Below are positions 54,399 through 63,844 of a DNA stretch of 64,000 nucleotides, piece after piece. This stretch comes from Phycisphaerales bacterium. Its GTDB lineage: Bacteria > Planctomycetota > Phycisphaerae > Phycisphaerales > UBA1924. How positions within the stretch are numbered: position 1 is the stretch's first letter; every line of letters starts with the position of its first letter. Position numbers and translations under genes: made by a program. Below the pieces are notes generated by a model, which saw only the letters and a program-made list of their open reading frames with translations, was not told where the DNA came from and made no database searches. The stretch covers positions 138 to 64,137 of the forward strand of contig JAYVRG010000050.1 of assembly GCA_043776515.1 (NCBI GenBank), in the 5' to 3' direction.

Positions 54399-55298
54399 AT
54401 GACTGGGCTGCTTTCCGTTCTGACTCCGGTCTACAACGGTGCCACGCATGTTGGGCGGAGCTATCGCTCGCTGGCGATGCAAACCCATACGGATTGGGAG
54501 TGGGTCGTGGTGGACGACGGTTCGGGGGACGGCACGCCCGATCTGCTCGCGGACATTGCAAAGTCCGATCCGCGGGTGCGCGTCACCGGGCACCGCCCCA
54601 ACCGCGGGCGCGGCTACGCGCGAGGACGCACGCTTGAGCTCGCGCGCGGCGACTGGTCGGTGGTGTGGGACGCGGATGATGCGTATCACCCGAGGCGTCT
54701 GGAGATCATCGATGGCGCGCGGCGCGAGGGGTTTGATTTCTCCTGCGCCTACGCGCACGTGGTGGACAACGCGCTGCGGTCCAAGGGCGTGCGCGGGTTC
54801 AGCACGTTTCTGGACGCAACGACGTTCGTCCATGCGACGCTCGGAGCGCGGACCGAGCTGATGCGATCCATCGGATACGAGCAAGGCCTGACAACCGTCG
54901 GGCAGATCGGAGAGGATCATCGCATGGGGCTGGTACTCCCGTCGCGCCATCGCGGGTACTACCACCAGGGTGTGCTGATGGTGAACCAGGAGGATCGCGA
55001 GGTCTTTCTGCTCAAGGCGATCCACTCCAACCGCGTGCGTCTGCGCGTGTTGCGAGAGCTGGGCGAGCAGGGAATCTTCCGAGTGCCCGAGCTGGTGTGG
55101 CGCGCCGAGGTGCGCCAGTTGCGCAGCAAGCTGCTGGTGCTGGAGGCGATGCGATTGTTTCCGCCCGCGTACAAGCGCACGGTGCGATACCGCTCGTACG
55201 GAAACGTTGCGCAGGGATACGCGCCGTCGCCGGAGGATTGGGCGTTTCTGGAAGCGATGCGACATGGGTTTGCTCCCGCAGCGCCGGCGATTGCGTGA
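54399..55298 (+). CDS. Family 2 glycosyltransferase
   Basis: LSVLTPVYNGATHVGRSYRSLAMQTHTDWEWVVVDDGSGDGT and the WDADD (DxD) motif are present. The start is set at MTGLLSV (54399); the upstream part of the ORF overlaps the tRNA. Confidence 0.85.
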   Translation: MTGLLSVLTPVYNGATHVGRSYRSLAMQTHTDWEWVVVDDGSGDGTPDLLADIAKSDPRVRVTGHRPNRGRGYARGRTLELARGDWSVVWDADDAYHPRRLEIIDGARREGFDFSCAYAHVVDNALRSKGVRGFSTFLDATTFVHATLGARTELMRSIGYEQGLTTVGQIGEDHRMGLVLPSRHRGYYHQGVLMVNQEDREVFLLKAIHSNRVRLRVLRELGEQGIFRVPELVWRAEVRQLRSKLLVLEAMRLFPPAYKRTVRYRSYGNVAQGYAPSPEDWAFLEAMRHGFAPAAPAIA

Positions 55299-55302
55299 GC
55301 GA

Positions 55303-57765
55303 TCACGACGAACCGCCGATCGCGGGAATGGCGGCTTGCCAGGCACGTGGCCAGCCATCATTCCGAACAACACGGACGGTACCGGCAAGGGACATGCGAG
55401 CAAAGATTGAGCGAGCCGTCTCTCGCTCGCCGACAACGATCCGGCGGATGCAGCCCGGGCGGTGGAGCGGGCGAATCGGAGCATGCACGCCATGTTCGGC
55501 GGAGGCGCAGGACTCGAATCCGGCGCGAAAGACGCGGCTGGCGACCTGCGCCGTGCAACGAGAGAATCGACCGAACGGCCAGGCGAAATGGGCGCACGGG
55601 AGGGCGTGCTGGGTGATCCTGAGTCGCGCGCCCGCGATCTCTTCATCAAGCCGATCCGGCGTGAGCGTTGCCATGTCCTGATGCGAGGCGGAGTGGCAAC
55701 CTATCTCGTGTCCCGCGCCCGTGAGAGCACCGAGGTCGGACCAACCCATGAGCGGCGCGGGCGGGATGCGCAGACACTCGCGGCAGAGGCGAGCGGCGCG
55801 ATCAAGATCGCTCGCGGCGTCGAGCAGATCGGGGCAGACGAAAAAGCAGGCGGAGACGCCGCGAAGAGCGAGGGCGGCTGCGGCGCGGACGTGGTCGCGC
55901 GTGCCATCGTCAAAGGTCAGAGCGACGGTGGGGCGTTGCACTCCCTGCTGCACGAGCCGGGCGGCCTGTGAATAGGACACGATCTCGTGGGTGCGATCGA
56001 GCGCGTCGATCAACCAGAGCAGTTCCGCCTGCTGCGCGTGCGAGACCTGATGGAAGCAGAGCACATGCAGAGCGGCGCGGCGAGAGGAGAGTGGCGCGAG
56101 CAGCGCACCCCCGGCGCGCTGCAGTATTCGCGTGAGCGTGCCCGAACCGGGTTCGCGACGATTCAGATGCGTGTTTGGCGAGGCCGAGGCGCGGCGATGT
56201 TCGGCTGCACGCTGGAGCGCCTCGTGCCAGTGTTCAGCGGATGCGTGTGCGCTCTGTGATTCGGCGAGCCGCCGGGACTCGGTGCCCATCGCTGGCAGCC
56301 GCGCGAGGCTGGCGTGCGCGAAGCGGAGCGCATCGGCCAGTGCTCGCGTATCGCCGGGAGCAACGACCATCGCGTTCCCCGGGCCAGCAACATGCTCGGT
56401 CGAACCGATTTCGCGCGTGCAGATGAGCGGGAGCCCGGCCGCGGCGGCCTCGATCAGCGCGAGGCCCCAGGGATCGAATCGGCTCGGAAGCACGAAGGCA
56501 CCTGCGGCGGCCATGATCCGCGGCATGTCGGCGGGTTGAACAAACCGGAGGTCTTCGGCGCCTGCAGACTTCAGATCACTCGCGAGCGGGCCGCGCCCGC
56601 AGCAGCGGAGCGGCCAGGGATCGGAGACCGAAGCGCGGTATTCCCGATACGCACGCGCGAGAACATCCGCGCCCTTGTCCGGCACGTATCGACCGGCGAA
56701 AAGAAAGGATCGGGGCCACGAGCCGGCGGCGCGGAGTTGGATGGCACGGTCCAGCAGATCGGTATCCACTCCGTACATGCCAACGGAAATCCGGTCCTGC
56801 GAAATGCCCAGACGCGACGCGAGCAGCGCGGCGCGGCTGCCGCAGGCGATGAAATGATCGGCACGATTGAAAAAATGCGCGTATCGGCAGCGACCGGCGC
56901 GCTGTCGGAGTGTGCCGGTCCACGGCCGATCGCTGGCGATCACAACCGGAAGGCCAGCGAGCGCGGGAGCGAGCGCGGCCCGCGCGGCGGCGGGATTCAC
57001 CCAGCCGGGAAGCACGAGGACATCCGGGCTGTGCGCCCGGATGCGTTCAAGAAGAAAGTTGGTGGACAAGAGAGCGGAGCGCCCGTGCAGTTCCGCGGAC
57101 ACTCCCGCGAGCACCGATTGGTCGTAGGGAGCGATGGTCTCGGGACTTGGGCGGAGCGCGATGACGGCGACACTCGTATCCGGGCGCGCGGCCAGCGCAC
57201 GCCAGCACGCGGCGATATAGCCCTCGAATGTCCACCAGCAGAAGAGTGCTTTCATGGTCGAACGCTCGGAATGCAAGGAGAATATCGGGGGCGGAGCGGG
57301 GAGGCGGATGAGCACACGCGTGCGCTCAACAAACACACGAGCGACGTTCATGATGCCGGTGGCGTTGGCGAGGTCGATCGCGGCGAAATGATCGGCAGCG
57401 AGCGAGCGCAGCCAAGCCGCGCCGACATCCGAGAGTTCGGCCTCGGCCGGATCGCCGGGGATGATGGTGGCGCGGAGACGAATGAGATCCTGGCTGACGC
57501 GCTCGCGAGCGCGTCGGGCCATCGCGCCGGATTCGAGCTGGGCGAGTTCGCTCGCGCCGGTGGCGAGTGTGGAGACGTTGGCCGCATAGATGGTCGCGTT
57601 CGCGGCGTTGTGGTCGGCGACTGCCCGCAACACCGGACTCAGCGCACACCCGATCGCGAGGAACAACGCGGCGGCAGCGATCATGTAGAAACTCAGACTG
57701 TGAGCGAACTGAATCCAAACCGCAGCAAGAAATGCGGATCGACTCCGCTGACATAAACAGCTCAT
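55303..57765 (-). CDS. Fusion protein: N-terminal TM/unknown domain, GT1 (GT4-type) glycosyltransferase, and a polysaccharide deacetylase domain
   Basis: The GT1 part has FAGRYVPDKGADVL and FVLPSRFDPWGLALIEAAAAGLPLI. The deacetylase part has TFDDGTRDHV and GHEIGCHSASHQDM. The start is set at ATG 57765, where G/C-rich third positions begin. Confidence 0.75.
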   Translation of the reverse strand: MSCLCQRSRSAFLAAVWIQFAHSLSFYMIAAAALFLAIGCALSPVLRAVADHNAANATIYAANVSTLATGASELAQLESGAMARRARERVSQDLIRLRATIIPGDPAEAELSDVGAAWLRSLAADHFAAIDLANATGIMNVARVFVERTRVLIRLPAPPPIFSLHSERSTMKALFCWWTFEGYIAACWRALAARPDTSVAVIALRPSPETIAPYDQSVLAGVSAELHGRSALLSTNFLLERIRAHSPDVLVLPGWVNPAAARAALAPALAGLPVVIASDRPWTGTLRQRAGRCRYAHFFNRADHFIACGSRAALLASRLGISQDRISVGMYGVDTDLLDRAIQLRAAGSWPRSFLFAGRYVPDKGADVLARAYREYRASVSDPWPLRCCGRGPLASDLKSAGAEDLRFVQPADMPRIMAAAGAFVLPSRFDPWGLALIEAAAAGLPLICTREIGSTEHVAGPGNAMVVAPGDTRALADALRFAHASLARLPAMGTESRRLAESQSAHASAEHWHEALQRAAEHRRASASPNTHLNRREPGSGTLTRILQRAGGALLAPLSSRRAALHVLCFHQVSHAQQAELLWLIDALDRTHEIVSYSQAARLVQQGVQRPTVALTFDDGTRDHVRAAAALALRGVSACFFVCPDLLDAASDLDRAARLCRECLRIPPAPLMGWSDLGALTGAGHEIGCHSASHQDMATLTPDRLDEEIAGARLRITQHALPCAHFAWPFGRFSRCTAQVASRVFRAGFESCASAEHGVHAPIRPLHRPGCIRRIVVGERETARSIFARMSLAGTVRVVRNDGWPRAWQAAIPAIGGSS

Positions 57766-57988
57766 GGCACCCCCCAATCTGATTGCTGAACTTCCGGACC
57801 GGCACTCTGCCAGCGGCATACCGTACAGAGTACGAGTGAAAATAGGCCTGTCAATGGAAAATGGAGAAAATGTCACCAGAGATGCCTAACATAGCCCCCA
57901 CTTCTGGGCGTTGGTTGCCGCGATGGTGGTTGAAAAGCTGAAAACCAGGACCGGCGGCTTACGCCGCTCGGCTCTGATGGAGAGTCTC

Positions 57989-59104
57989 ATGGAAGCCGGT
58001 ATTGTCGGAATGCCCAACGTCGGGAAGAGCACGCTGTTCAACGCGCTGACCAAGGCGGGCGCGCTGGCGGCGAACTATCCGTTCGCCACCATCGAGCCCA
58101 ACGTGGGCGTGGTGCCGATCCCGGACGCGCGCCTGGAGACCATCCGCAAGCACATCGAGAGCCAGAAGATTATTCCCGCCGCGCTGCGGCTGGTGGACAT
58201 CGCGGGCCTGGTGCGCGGCGCGAGCAAGGGCGAGGGCAAGGGCAACGCGTTCCTTAGCCACATCCGCGAGGTGGACGCGATCGTGCAGGTGGTGCGCTGC
58301 TTCGAGAGTGCGCCCGGCGGCGAGGACATCACCCACGTTGAGGGCACCGTCGATCCGGCCCGCGACATTGACACCATCAACACCGAGCTGATCCTGGCGG
58401 ATTTGCAGACGGTGGACTCATCGCTGAGCCGCGCGGAGCGGGCGGCCAAGAGCGGCGAGCGCGAGGCGATCGCTCGCTTCGAGGTGCTCAAGAAGATGCG
58501 CCCGGTGCTGGATAGTGGCAAGCCGGCGATCACCGTGCGCGTGGATGATCCGGAGCAGAAGAAGATTCTCAAGGGGATGGGCCTGATCACGGCGAAGAAG
58601 GTGCTGTACGTGGCGAACGTGTCGGATGAAGACCCGCACGGGCGCGGGGAGCTGGCGATGAAGTGCCGCGCCCATGTGAAGTCCATCGGCGGCGATCCCG
58701 AGGAGGACGTCGTGCCCGTATGCGCCCGCATCGAGAGCGAACTCTCGGAACTCGGCGACGCGGATCGGCTGGAGATGCTCAAGAGCTACGGCATGGATGA
58801 GCCCGCGCTGAACGCGCTGGCCCGCGCCGCGTATCACCTGCTGGGCATGCAGAGCTATTACACGGCGGGGCCGAAGGAGATTCGCGCGTGGACGATCCCG
58901 CATGGCGCGACCGCGCCGCAGGCGGCGGGCGTGATCCACACGGACTTCGAGAAGGGCTTCATCCGCGCGGAAATCTATACCGTGGCCGATCTGGAGAAGT
59001 TCGGCAGCGAGAAGGCCATCAAGGACGCGGGAAAGATGCGGATCGAGGGCAAGGAATACGTGATGAAGGACGCGGATGTGTGCCACTTCTTGTTCAATGT
59101 GTGA
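57989..59104 (+). CDS. ychF: Redox-regulated ribosome-binding ATPase YchF
   Basis: [35 protein letters not shown] and a TGS-like C-terminus are present. Alternative starts are at 57977 and 57911. Confidence 0.95.
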   Translation: MEAGIVGMPNVGKSTLFNALTKAGALAANYPFATIEPNVGVVPIPDARLETIRKHIESQKIIPAALRLVDIAGLVRGASKGEGKGNAFLSHIREVDAIVQVVRCFESAPGGEDITHVEGTVDPARDIDTINTELILADLQTVDSSLSRAERAAKSGEREAIARFEVLKKMRPVLDSGKPAITVRVDDPEQKKILKGMGLITAKKVLYVANVSDEDPHGRGELAMKCRAHVKSIGGDPEEDVVPVCARIESELSELGDADRLEMLKSYGMDEPALNALARAAYHLLGMQSYYTAGPKEIRAWTIPHGATAPQAAGVIHTDFEKGFIRAEIYTVADLEKFGSEKAIKDAGKMRIEGKEYVMKDADVCHFLFNV

Positions 59105-59172
59105 GGGCGTGTCTGACATATCATCCCGCGGCGTATGAGTGATCAACGTCCCCGCAGTGTGGAGTGCTACAC

Positions 59173-60243
59173 ATGTCCCAGCTCAACATGGATCGGCTTA
59201 TGCAGTTCATGGGCAAGGTCGTCGGCGACCTCGGCTCTTCCATGAGCACGCCTTTGGTCATTCTCGGCGACAAACTGGGGCTGTACAAGGCACTGGCAGC
59301 CGCCGGGCCAGCGGGGCTCGCCTCCGCAGAACTTGCTGGGGCGACGAGGACGCATGAGCGGTACATCCGCGAGTGGCTTGTCAACCAGGCCGCGGGCGGG
59401 TATGTCGAGTTTGACGCCAAGGCCGGACGATACAGCATGACGCCCGAGCAGGGCGCGGCGCTGGCCGATGAGACGAGTCCGTGCCATGTGCCGGGCGGCT
59501 TTTATATCGCTCTCTCGATGGCTCGCGATATCTCCAAGATCGAGAGTGCGTTCCGCACCGGCGAGGGCGTGGACTGGGGCGAGCACGATACGGACCTGTT
59601 CTGCGGAACCGAACTTTTCTTTTCCGCGTCGTACCGCGCCAATCTCATCGCCTCCTGGCTGCCCGCGCTGGAGGGCGTTGTCGCCAAGCTTGAACGCGGC
59701 GGTACCGTCTGCGATGTCGGTTGCGGGCACGGGGCATCGACCATGATCATGGCCAAGGCGTTTCCCAAGTCAACGTTCGTGGGCGTGGATGCCCATGCGC
59801 CGTCGATCGAGTGCGCCACGAATCGGGCCGCGAAGATGGGGCTGGGCGATCGATGCACGTTCGTGACGGCCAACGCGAGCGGATACGCCGCGCCCGTCGG
59901 TGGGTACGACTTCATCTGCTTCTTCGACTGCCTGCACGACATGGGGGACCCAGTCGGCGCGGCCAGGCACGCCCGGAAGTCCATCAAGGCCGATGGAACG
60001 GCGATGATTGTGGAGCCGGCGGCGACGGATGATGTGTCGGGGAATCTCAACCCGGTGGGGCGCGTGTTCAGCGCGGCCAGCACGATGATCTGCGTGCCGG
60101 CATCCATCAAGCACAAGGGACCGGCACTTGGAGCCGTCGCGGGCGAGGCCCGGCTGACCAAGGTGCTAAATGAGGGCGGCTGGGGACGCGTGCGGAAGGC
60201 GACGGCGACACCGTTCAACATGATTCTTGAGGCAAGGCCCTGA
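59173..60243 (+). CDS. Class I SAM-dependent methyltransferase
   Basis: VCDVGCGHGAST (motif I), YDFICFFDCLHDMGDP and GTAMIVEP are present. The ATG lies 9 nt after GGAG. Confidence 0.85.
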   Translation: MSQLNMDRLMQFMGKVVGDLGSSMSTPLVILGDKLGLYKALAAAGPAGLASAELAGATRTHERYIREWLVNQAAGGYVEFDAKAGRYSMTPEQGAALADETSPCHVPGGFYIALSMARDISKIESAFRTGEGVDWGEHDTDLFCGTELFFSASYRANLIASWLPALEGVVAKLERGGTVCDVGCGHGASTMIMAKAFPKSTFVGVDAHAPSIECATNRAAKMGLGDRCTFVTANASGYAAPVGGYDFICFFDCLHDMGDPVGAARHARKSIKADGTAMIVEPAATDDVSGNLNPVGRVFSAASTMICVPASIKHKGPALGAVAGEARLTKVLNEGGWGRVRKATATPFNMILEARP

Positions 60244-60371
60244 CCAGAGCGGCTACCTTCGCGTGGCACGTTGGGTCTGCCGCGCCCGGAAACGCCGAAC
60301 TGGCGCGCTGCGATCCAAACTGGCTCTACCAAGTGCGCAACCTTCGCGTGCTTCGCCGATACTCTTGCTCC

Positions 60372-61601
60372 ATGTCCGACCCATATCCCCTGCTGCTTCG
60401 CCCGGTGATCCTGGAAAAAGTCTGGGGTGGGCGCCGTCTGGAGTCGCTGGGCAAGACGCTGGAGATACCGGGCGCGAAGTACGGCGAGAGCTGGGAGCTT
60501 GCGGACATGGCCTCGACGAGCGCATCGGGCGCGGGGGGCGGCGCGGTGCGGACGCTGATTGCCAATGGGGAACTGCGCGGCAAGACGCTTGGGGATGCTC
60601 GCGCGGCGTGGGGCGCGGGGCTGCTGGGTCTGCGTGGCACGGGCGTCCCGCCCGTGGTCTTGGGTGGCACGGGCTTTCCAGCCCGTGTTTCTGGTGCGAG
60701 TAGTTCGACGCAGGCGGAACTCGGGGCGATCCGCCCCGAGCCCGCCGCGGCGGGCCACGAAGCAAATGAACATGGGCTGGAAAGCCCATGCCACGAAGCA
60801 GCCAAGGCACATGGGCAGGATGCCCATGCCACGGACTTTCCACTGCTCATCAAGTTTCTGGATGCCAGCGAGAATCTGAGCGTGCAGGTGCATCCGTCGC
60901 CGGAGTACGCCGCGTCGCGCGCGGGGGCGTTCCTGAAGACCGAGTGCTGGTACATCATTGACGCGGAGCCGGGGGCGGTCATCTATAAGGGTCTGCGGCC
61001 GGAGGTGACGCGCGAAGAGTTCTCACGGCTGGCGCGGTCGGGGGCGGCGGGCGGACGCGCTCTGGTGGACGCGATGGTCGCGCTACCCGCGGTGCCGGGA
61101 GAGTGTCACAATCTGCCCAGCGGCACGGTCCACGCGCTCGGCGCGGGCGTGCTGGTGGCGGAGGTGCAGACCCCGAGCGACACGACGTATCGGTTGTATG
61201 ACTGGGGACGCACGGGGCGGGCGCTGCATGTGGAGGAGTCGATCGCGTGCGCGAGTTTTCCGGGAGAGCCGGCGCACGCCGCGTTGCCGCGGGGGATGAC
61301 GGTGGCGCGGTGCGAACCGGGGAAGACATCGGCGCGGCTGGTGACGACGGAGTTTTTCACCGTGGATGAGTTGCGCCCGGCGGTGGGCGATGTGCTCTCG
61401 GTGGAAGCGATTCTCGGCGCGGGCGGTTCGTGCGTGGCGATCGTGGTGCTGGATGGAGAGTGCGAGCTTGTCGATGGGCGCGCGTTTCAGCCCGTCGCGC
61501 TCAAACGCGGCGACACCGCGCTGATTCCGGCGGGAATCGGGCCACAAACGCTGCTGGCGGCGGGGAGCGGGTTGCGCGTGCTCGCGGCACGGGTGGTGTG
61601 A
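60372..61601 (+). CDS. manA: Type I mannose-6-phosphate isomerase carrying a 67-codon in-frame repeat insertion
   Basis: PVILEKVWGG, GESWELAD, FPLLIKFLDASENLSVQVHP, KTECWYII, SGTVHALG and QTPSDTTYRLYDWGR are present. The insertion is at 60634-60834. Confidence 0.85.
   Translation: MSDPYPLLLRPVILEKVWGGRRLESLGKTLEIPGAKYGESWELADMASTSASGAGGGAVRTLIANGELRGKTLGDARAAWGAGLLGLRGTGVPPVVLGGTGFPARVSGASSSTQAELGAIRPEPAAAGHEANEHGLESPCHEAAKAHGQDAHATDFPLLIKFLDASENLSVQVHPSPEYAASRAGAFLKTECWYIIDAEPGAVIYKGLRPEVTREEFSRLARSGAAGGRALVDAMVALPAVPGECHNLPSGTVHALGAGVLVAEVQTPSDTTYRLYDWGRTGRALHVEESIACASFPGEPAHAALPRGMTVARCEPGKTSARLVTTEFFTVDELRPAVGDVLSVEAILGAGGSCVAIVVLDGECELVDGRAFQPVALKRGDTALIPAGIGPQTLLAAGSGLRVLAARVV
60634..60834. 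mobile_element. Family-2 MITE-like composite element (201 nt) inside the manA ORF
   Basis: The left end is GTGGCACGGGCGTCCCGCCCGTG followed by TGGCACGGGCTTTCCAGCCCGTG. The core at 60720-60758 is ctcggggcgatccgccccgag followed by cccgccgcggcgggccac. The right end is CATGGGCTGGAAAGCCCATGCCACG followed by CATGGGCAGGATGCCCATGCCACGG. Confidence 0.85.
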
Positions 61602-61615
61602 GAAACGTGAAACAA

Positions 61616-61698
61616 GGGTGCCGTGGTGGAGTCGCTTTGGACTCCGCCACGATGCTGCAACATGCGTGGCGGACTCAGAGCAGTCCACCACGGCACCC
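61616..61698. mobile_element. Family-3-like element (83 nt) between convergent manA and the comB-like gene
   Basis: The sequence is GGGTGCC-GTGGTGGAGTC-gctttg-GACTCCGCCAC ... GTGGCGGACTC-agagc-AGTCCACCAC-GGCACCC. The central tgcaaca is shared with 40926-40932. Confidence 0.7.
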
Positions 61699-61712
61699 GA
61701 TTCGATATTCGA

Positions 61713-62474
61713 TCAACCCGCGAGCGTGAACGCGCCCGGCACCGCGTTGAACACCGGCACCACTGGGTACGCATCAATCCGCGCACAGAGTTCGATATCG
61801 CGCGTCAGGTGCTCGCGTGTGAGGTTGCGCCCGCCGCGCGAGGTTTGCATGAGGTTCAGAACACCTCCGGGCTGCTCGCGGGCGGTGCGCCAGAGGGTGA
61901 TGGCCAGCAGCGTGGAATCATCATCCGGGCGGGCGTCTGGGAGGTTGGTCGGGCGGCCGAGCGCGGCGAGTTTTTCCGCGATGGCGCCCGCCGCGCCGAC
62001 GTCTTCTTTGGAGACACGGTCGCGGGTGCCGGCGCAGATGATGTGGATGGGACGCTCATCCACGCCGAGATAGCGTGTGAGAGCATCGAGATTGCCGAGG
62101 CAACCGATGACCATGTGCTCACCGTGGCGCGCGAGAACGGCGGCCTTGGTACCGTTGGTGGTGGTGAAGGCGATGGTCTTGCCGCCGACCCGCGCGGACG
62201 TGTATGACGCTGGTGAGTTGTCCAGATCGAAGCCGGGGATAAGCACGCCCTCGCGCTCGCCGCCGGTGAGGACGGTGCCGGGAAGTGCGGCGGCCTTGAG
62301 GCGGGTGGCGTCATCGGGTGTGAGACAGGGGACGACACCCGCCGCGCCGATAGCGAGCGCGGCGCAGATGGTGGTGGAGGCGCGGAGCTGATCGATGATG
62401 ACTGCGACCCCGCCGGCGAGAGACGCAGGATCAACGAGTTGCGGGAGGAGGTAGGTGCGGATGATGCCGGGCAT
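61713..62474 (-). CDS. comB: 2-phosphosulfolactate phosphatase (ComB) family protein
   Basis: VAVIIDQLRASTTICAALAIGA and LTGGEREGVLIPGFDLDNSPASY are present. The start is set at MPGIIRTY (62474); the upstream part of the ORF is repeat-derived. Confidence 0.8.
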   Translation of the reverse strand: MPGIIRTYLLPQLVDPASLAGGVAVIIDQLRASTTICAALAIGAAGVVPCLTPDDATRLKAAALPGTVLTGGEREGVLIPGFDLDNSPASYTSARVGGKTIAFTTTNGTKAAVLARHGEHMVIGCLGNLDALTRYLGVDERPIHIICAGTRDRVSKEDVGAAGAIAEKLAALGRPTNLPDARPDDDSTLLAITLWRTAREQPGGVLNLMQTSRGGRNLTREHLTRDIELCARIDAYPVVPVFNAVPGAFTLAG

Positions 62475-62495
62475 GGGGAGTTGTAGGACGTGCGC

Positions 62496-62651
62496 GTGGT
62501 ATGGGCGTCCCGCCCGTGTTCGCACTATCAGAGCCGAGTGGCGTAAGCCGCCGGTCCCACGCGACCGACATCGCACCACAATCCACCGAGGGCTTACCCC
62601 CTGCGGCTCTGATTCGCACGCCCGAAACATGGGCTGGAAAGCCCATGCCAC
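62496..62651. mobile_element. Family-2 MITE-like element (156 nt) filling the comB/dinB-like divergent intergenic region
   Basis: The left end is GTGGTATGGGCGTCCCGCCCGTG and the right end is CATGGGCTGGAAAGCCCATGCCAC. Internal nested stems are tcagagccg/cggctctga and gtaagcc/ggcttac. Confidence 0.8.
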
Positions 62652-62665
62652 GAATACAATCAAGC

Positions 62666-63163
62666 ATGATCGACATCGCAACGATTCGCGTGATGCTGGA
62701 ATACACGGACTGGTCGAACGGGAAGCTGCTGGACGGCGCGGCGGGTTGCACAGATGAACAGCTTGATCGCGACTTGCAGATCGGACCCGGCACGCTTCGC
62801 CGGATTCTGCTGCACACGTACAACGGTGAGATGATCTGGTTCAAACGCTGGCGGGGCATCGTTGAGAATCCGTGGCCGGGTGAGGGGGAGCGGGTTGCAA
62901 TCGCGGAGTTGCGCGAGAGATTGGAGCGGAACACACGCGAGCGAGAGGAATGGATCGCGACGCTGACGCCCGGAGACGCCGCGCGAGTGCAGCAGTACCG
63001 GGACTCGAAGAGCAACCTGTTTCAGGCATCCCTCGGCGACATGCTGATGCAGGGCGTGATGCACACCAAGCACCATCAGGCCCAAGCGGTGAACGCGCTC
63101 AAGCGGCTCGGTGCGGCGTGGCCGGAACTGGATTACATGTACCGGGTGCGGAAGCCAGCGTGA
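62666..63163 (+). CDS. DinB-family (four-helix bundle, metal-binding) protein
   Basis: MIDIATIRVMLEYTDWSNGKLL, LLHTYNGEMIW and VMHTKHHQAQAVNALKRLG are present. Confidence 0.8.
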   Translation: MIDIATIRVMLEYTDWSNGKLLDGAAGCTDEQLDRDLQIGPGTLRRILLHTYNGEMIWFKRWRGIVENPWPGEGERVAIAELRERLERNTREREEWIATLTPGDAARVQQYRDSKSNLFQASLGDMLMQGVMHTKHHQAQAVNALKRLGAAWPELDYMYRVRKPA

Positions 63164-63247
63164 ACGTGCCTGAGATGACTTCCTCGCACGTTCGTACGGT
63201 TCTCAAACGTGGCTTGCTCTTCGCCGGCGAAGCCCGCGCCACACGCA

Positions 63248-63330
63248 TAGCCCGGGGCGCAAGCCCCGGGGTCGGGCTACCCAGCAACCCCCTCGGCATT
63301 TGGGTTCCCAGCCCGCCAAGCGGGCGGCAC
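63248..63330. repeat. Left flanking two-hairpin module of the Y1 transposase gene
   Basis: tagCCCGGGGCgcaaGCCCCGGGg ... aGCCCGCcaaGCGGGCggcac is the reverse complement of 63845-63931 (22/24 and 20/21 matches at the two hairpins). Confidence 0.85.
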
Positions 63331-63340
63331 AAAGCCGCCG

Positions 63341-63835
63341 TCAATCCAGAAATCGTTCTTCAAAGTCGATCTCGTGCTTCCGATACAGAATCTCGATCTC
63401 TTGGCGACAACTCATGGACTTGTGATGCCTCTCCTGATCCGCGACATACCGACGCACATCTTCTTTGTTGGACATGCTCACCGAGAACGCGCCATATCCA
63501 TCCTGCCAGCCAAACGGATGTGATGCGTATGTCTCGTGCATCCATTTCGAGGAGTTGGACTTTACAACCCGCGCCAACTCCGCTTCAGCGACGGTCGGGT
63601 GTCGGTACGTAAACACATGGACATGATCCTCGACGCCGTTGATGAGCACAGGCACGCACTCGAGTTTCTTCAGAATGCCCGCCATGTACGCGTGCAGGCG
63701 CGGCTTGATCTCCGCGATAATCTGCGGCTCGCGGTGCTTGGTGGACCAGACGAAGTGCGTCAGCAAGCAGGTGTAGGAATCGCCCATGCGGACAGAATAG
63801 TGGAAGGGCCGCGTGATGTGCAAGGAAGGAATCAC
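63341..63835 (-). CDS. Y1/HUH transposase of the IS200/RayT (REP-associated tyrosine transposase) superfamily
   Basis: LLTHFVWSTKHREP, HUH motif EDHVHVF, Tyr block FGWQDGYGAFSVS and YVADQERHH are present. The maximal ORF starts at GTG 63835; ATG 63787 (MGDSYTCLL) is the likelier start. Confidence 0.85.
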   Translation of the reverse strand: MIPSLHITRPFHYSVRMGDSYTCLLTHFVWSTKHREPQIIAEIKPRLHAYMAGILKKLECVPVLINGVEDHVHVFTYRHPTVAEAELARVVKSNSSKWMHETYASHPFGWQDGYGAFSVSMSNKEDVRRYVADQERHHKSMSCRQEIEILYRKHEIDFEERFLD

Positions 63836-63844
63836 ACGGTCTGT

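Noticed and set aside
57766-57876. The first 37 codons of ORF 55303..57876 (MTFSPFSIDRPIFTRT...).
   Set aside because: The codons here end mostly in A/T (ACA TTT TCT CCA TTT ... ATT TTC ACT), unlike the strong G/C third-position bias that begins near ATG 57765.
60255-60356. A direct repeat of accttcgcgtg (60255 and 60340) upstream of manA, considered as a possible target-site duplication or regulatory repeat.
   Set aside because: It is only 11 nt in GC-rich sequence with no recognisable element between the copies. This is insufficient evidence.
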